A DNA stretch of 64,000 bases from Mobula hypostoma (Eukaryota): contig NC_086097.1 in assembly GCF_963921235.1 (NCBI RefSeq), forward strand, positions 234,114,001 through 234,178,000, read 5' to 3'. How positions within the stretch are numbered: the stretch's first letter is position 1; every line of letters starts with the position of its first letter. The notes below the pieces were generated by a model, which did not search any database, was not told where the DNA came from, and saw only the letters and a list, made by a program, of their open reading frames with translations. Position numbers and translations under genes: made by a program. Positions 62,863 through 64,000 of this stretch are shown here, piece by piece.

Positions 62863-63754
62863 TTGTTTCGTGCGGATGGGGCTTGTCAGCCATGGTCGGC
62901 AGCTCATTTAGGAGAAGGAAAACACTAATCCCAAACCTCTGCTGCCTTGCAGCTATTCTCACTCCTGGGGAATGCTTTGGGAGTAAACCTGAGGAAAAAT
63001 CTGGAACTGATATCCCTAAGAAGGCCCCACATTGAGTTCAGTTCTGACTGGCAACTCCTGTGACATGACTGGTGCTGAACTGTATTGGTCTCTGCTGTCC
63101 CTTTGGATTTATCAGATTCATGGAGAGGGGGGAGTCTGCTGTATGGGCAACTGCATGCTCTCCATATTTATTGTATTGCCCTGGCTTGTGTACCAGCTTA
63201 TGTATCGTGTAGACAGCTAGGACATAATATCCAAGGTCAACCCTGATCAACAGAAGGCCTCAGTCAGATGGAGGAAGAGAAGGTTTCTTTCATGGAACTT
63301 TCGTGGAGGCTTGGGGAGTCAAGTTCCAAGAAGCAGTCAATGCCAGCTTAAATGTATGAGCAGTGCCTACAGACAAACATCAGGGAGCAATTTTGAGACA
63401 TCATTGAGAGCATTTGTTGTGCGTTTAGTCAGGTTATTGAACCGTATGTAGAAACTGCCTCTAGCAGTGACATTTGTGGGGTAAAGTATGAGTATTTTAA
63501 TGACAGGACATCAGTGTCAGTTCTCAACAGCTCCATCACCCTACACAGACAATGAGAGATGGCGCCGCCTTGGAATGAACAGAAACTTTTATGACTACAG
63601 CGCAAGGCACGGTGACACCACTGTCAAATACTCAGGAATCAACATCAGATTTATTATCACTGACCTAAGTCGTGAAAACAACAAATTTCACAGCATATGT
63701 CAGTGTTAGTAAATCTGATTCTGATATGTTAAGCACCAGTATCAATTCCACAGA

Positions 63755-64000
63755 AAGACACAGTACATGGCGTTTAACTGCGACGAAGGTACTCTCATGA
63801 CCATAGAGAATGATACCATTAAGAAAGTCTTTGACTACAAGTACCTTGGGTCAAGAATGATGAGTTCGGAGAAGGACATAAAGATACGGAAGGCACTGGC
63901 GTGGAGGGCTATGAACGACATGAAGGAAAGCTGGAAGTCAAACCTGACCAGAGGGCTTAAAAAGAGGATTTTCATAGCAGTCATAGAGTCCATTCTCACG
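63755..64000 (+). mobile_element. RTE/RTEX-clade LINE, RT C-terminal fragment running off the window
   Basis: Open frame KTQYMAFN..DYKYLGSRMMSSEKDIKIRKALAWRAM..WKSNLTRGLKKRIFIAVIESILT. Confidence 0.75.

Overview
This is repeat-dense vertebrate non-coding DNA. The repeat repertoire (CR1, Rex1/Babar, V-SINE-like, Neptune-type Penelope, chromoviral Gypsy) suggests a cartilaginous fish, probably a ray; that is inference, not a database result. I could not support any host protein-coding exon, tRNA, rRNA or CRISPR array. Every long ORF is transposon-derived or its antisense shadow. Main contents: (1) a nearly intact Penelope-like element (RT + GIY-YIG, minus strand) bracketed by a ~630 bp inverted repeat. 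(2) About a dozen related Penelope tails carrying intact or decayed minimal hammerhead ribozyme motifs (AGTC-CTGAYGA-stemII-GAAAC-GTC-GACT). Several are tiny fold-back insertions with 12-13 bp target-site duplications (TSDs). (3) A two-LTR degenerate chromoviral Gypsy whose RNase H region is replaced by a Penelope tail. (4) Four TSD-flanked solo LTRs plus one truncated LTR. (5) Many CR1 copies, including a nested stack, a young subfamily, and one copy with a perfect 91 bp palindrome. (6) An internally deleted DNA transposon and a TSD-flanked CpG-rich ~100 bp retroposed sequence of unknown source. Boundaries were read by eye: exact where TSDs or TIRs are quoted, otherwise accurate to within tens of bp.
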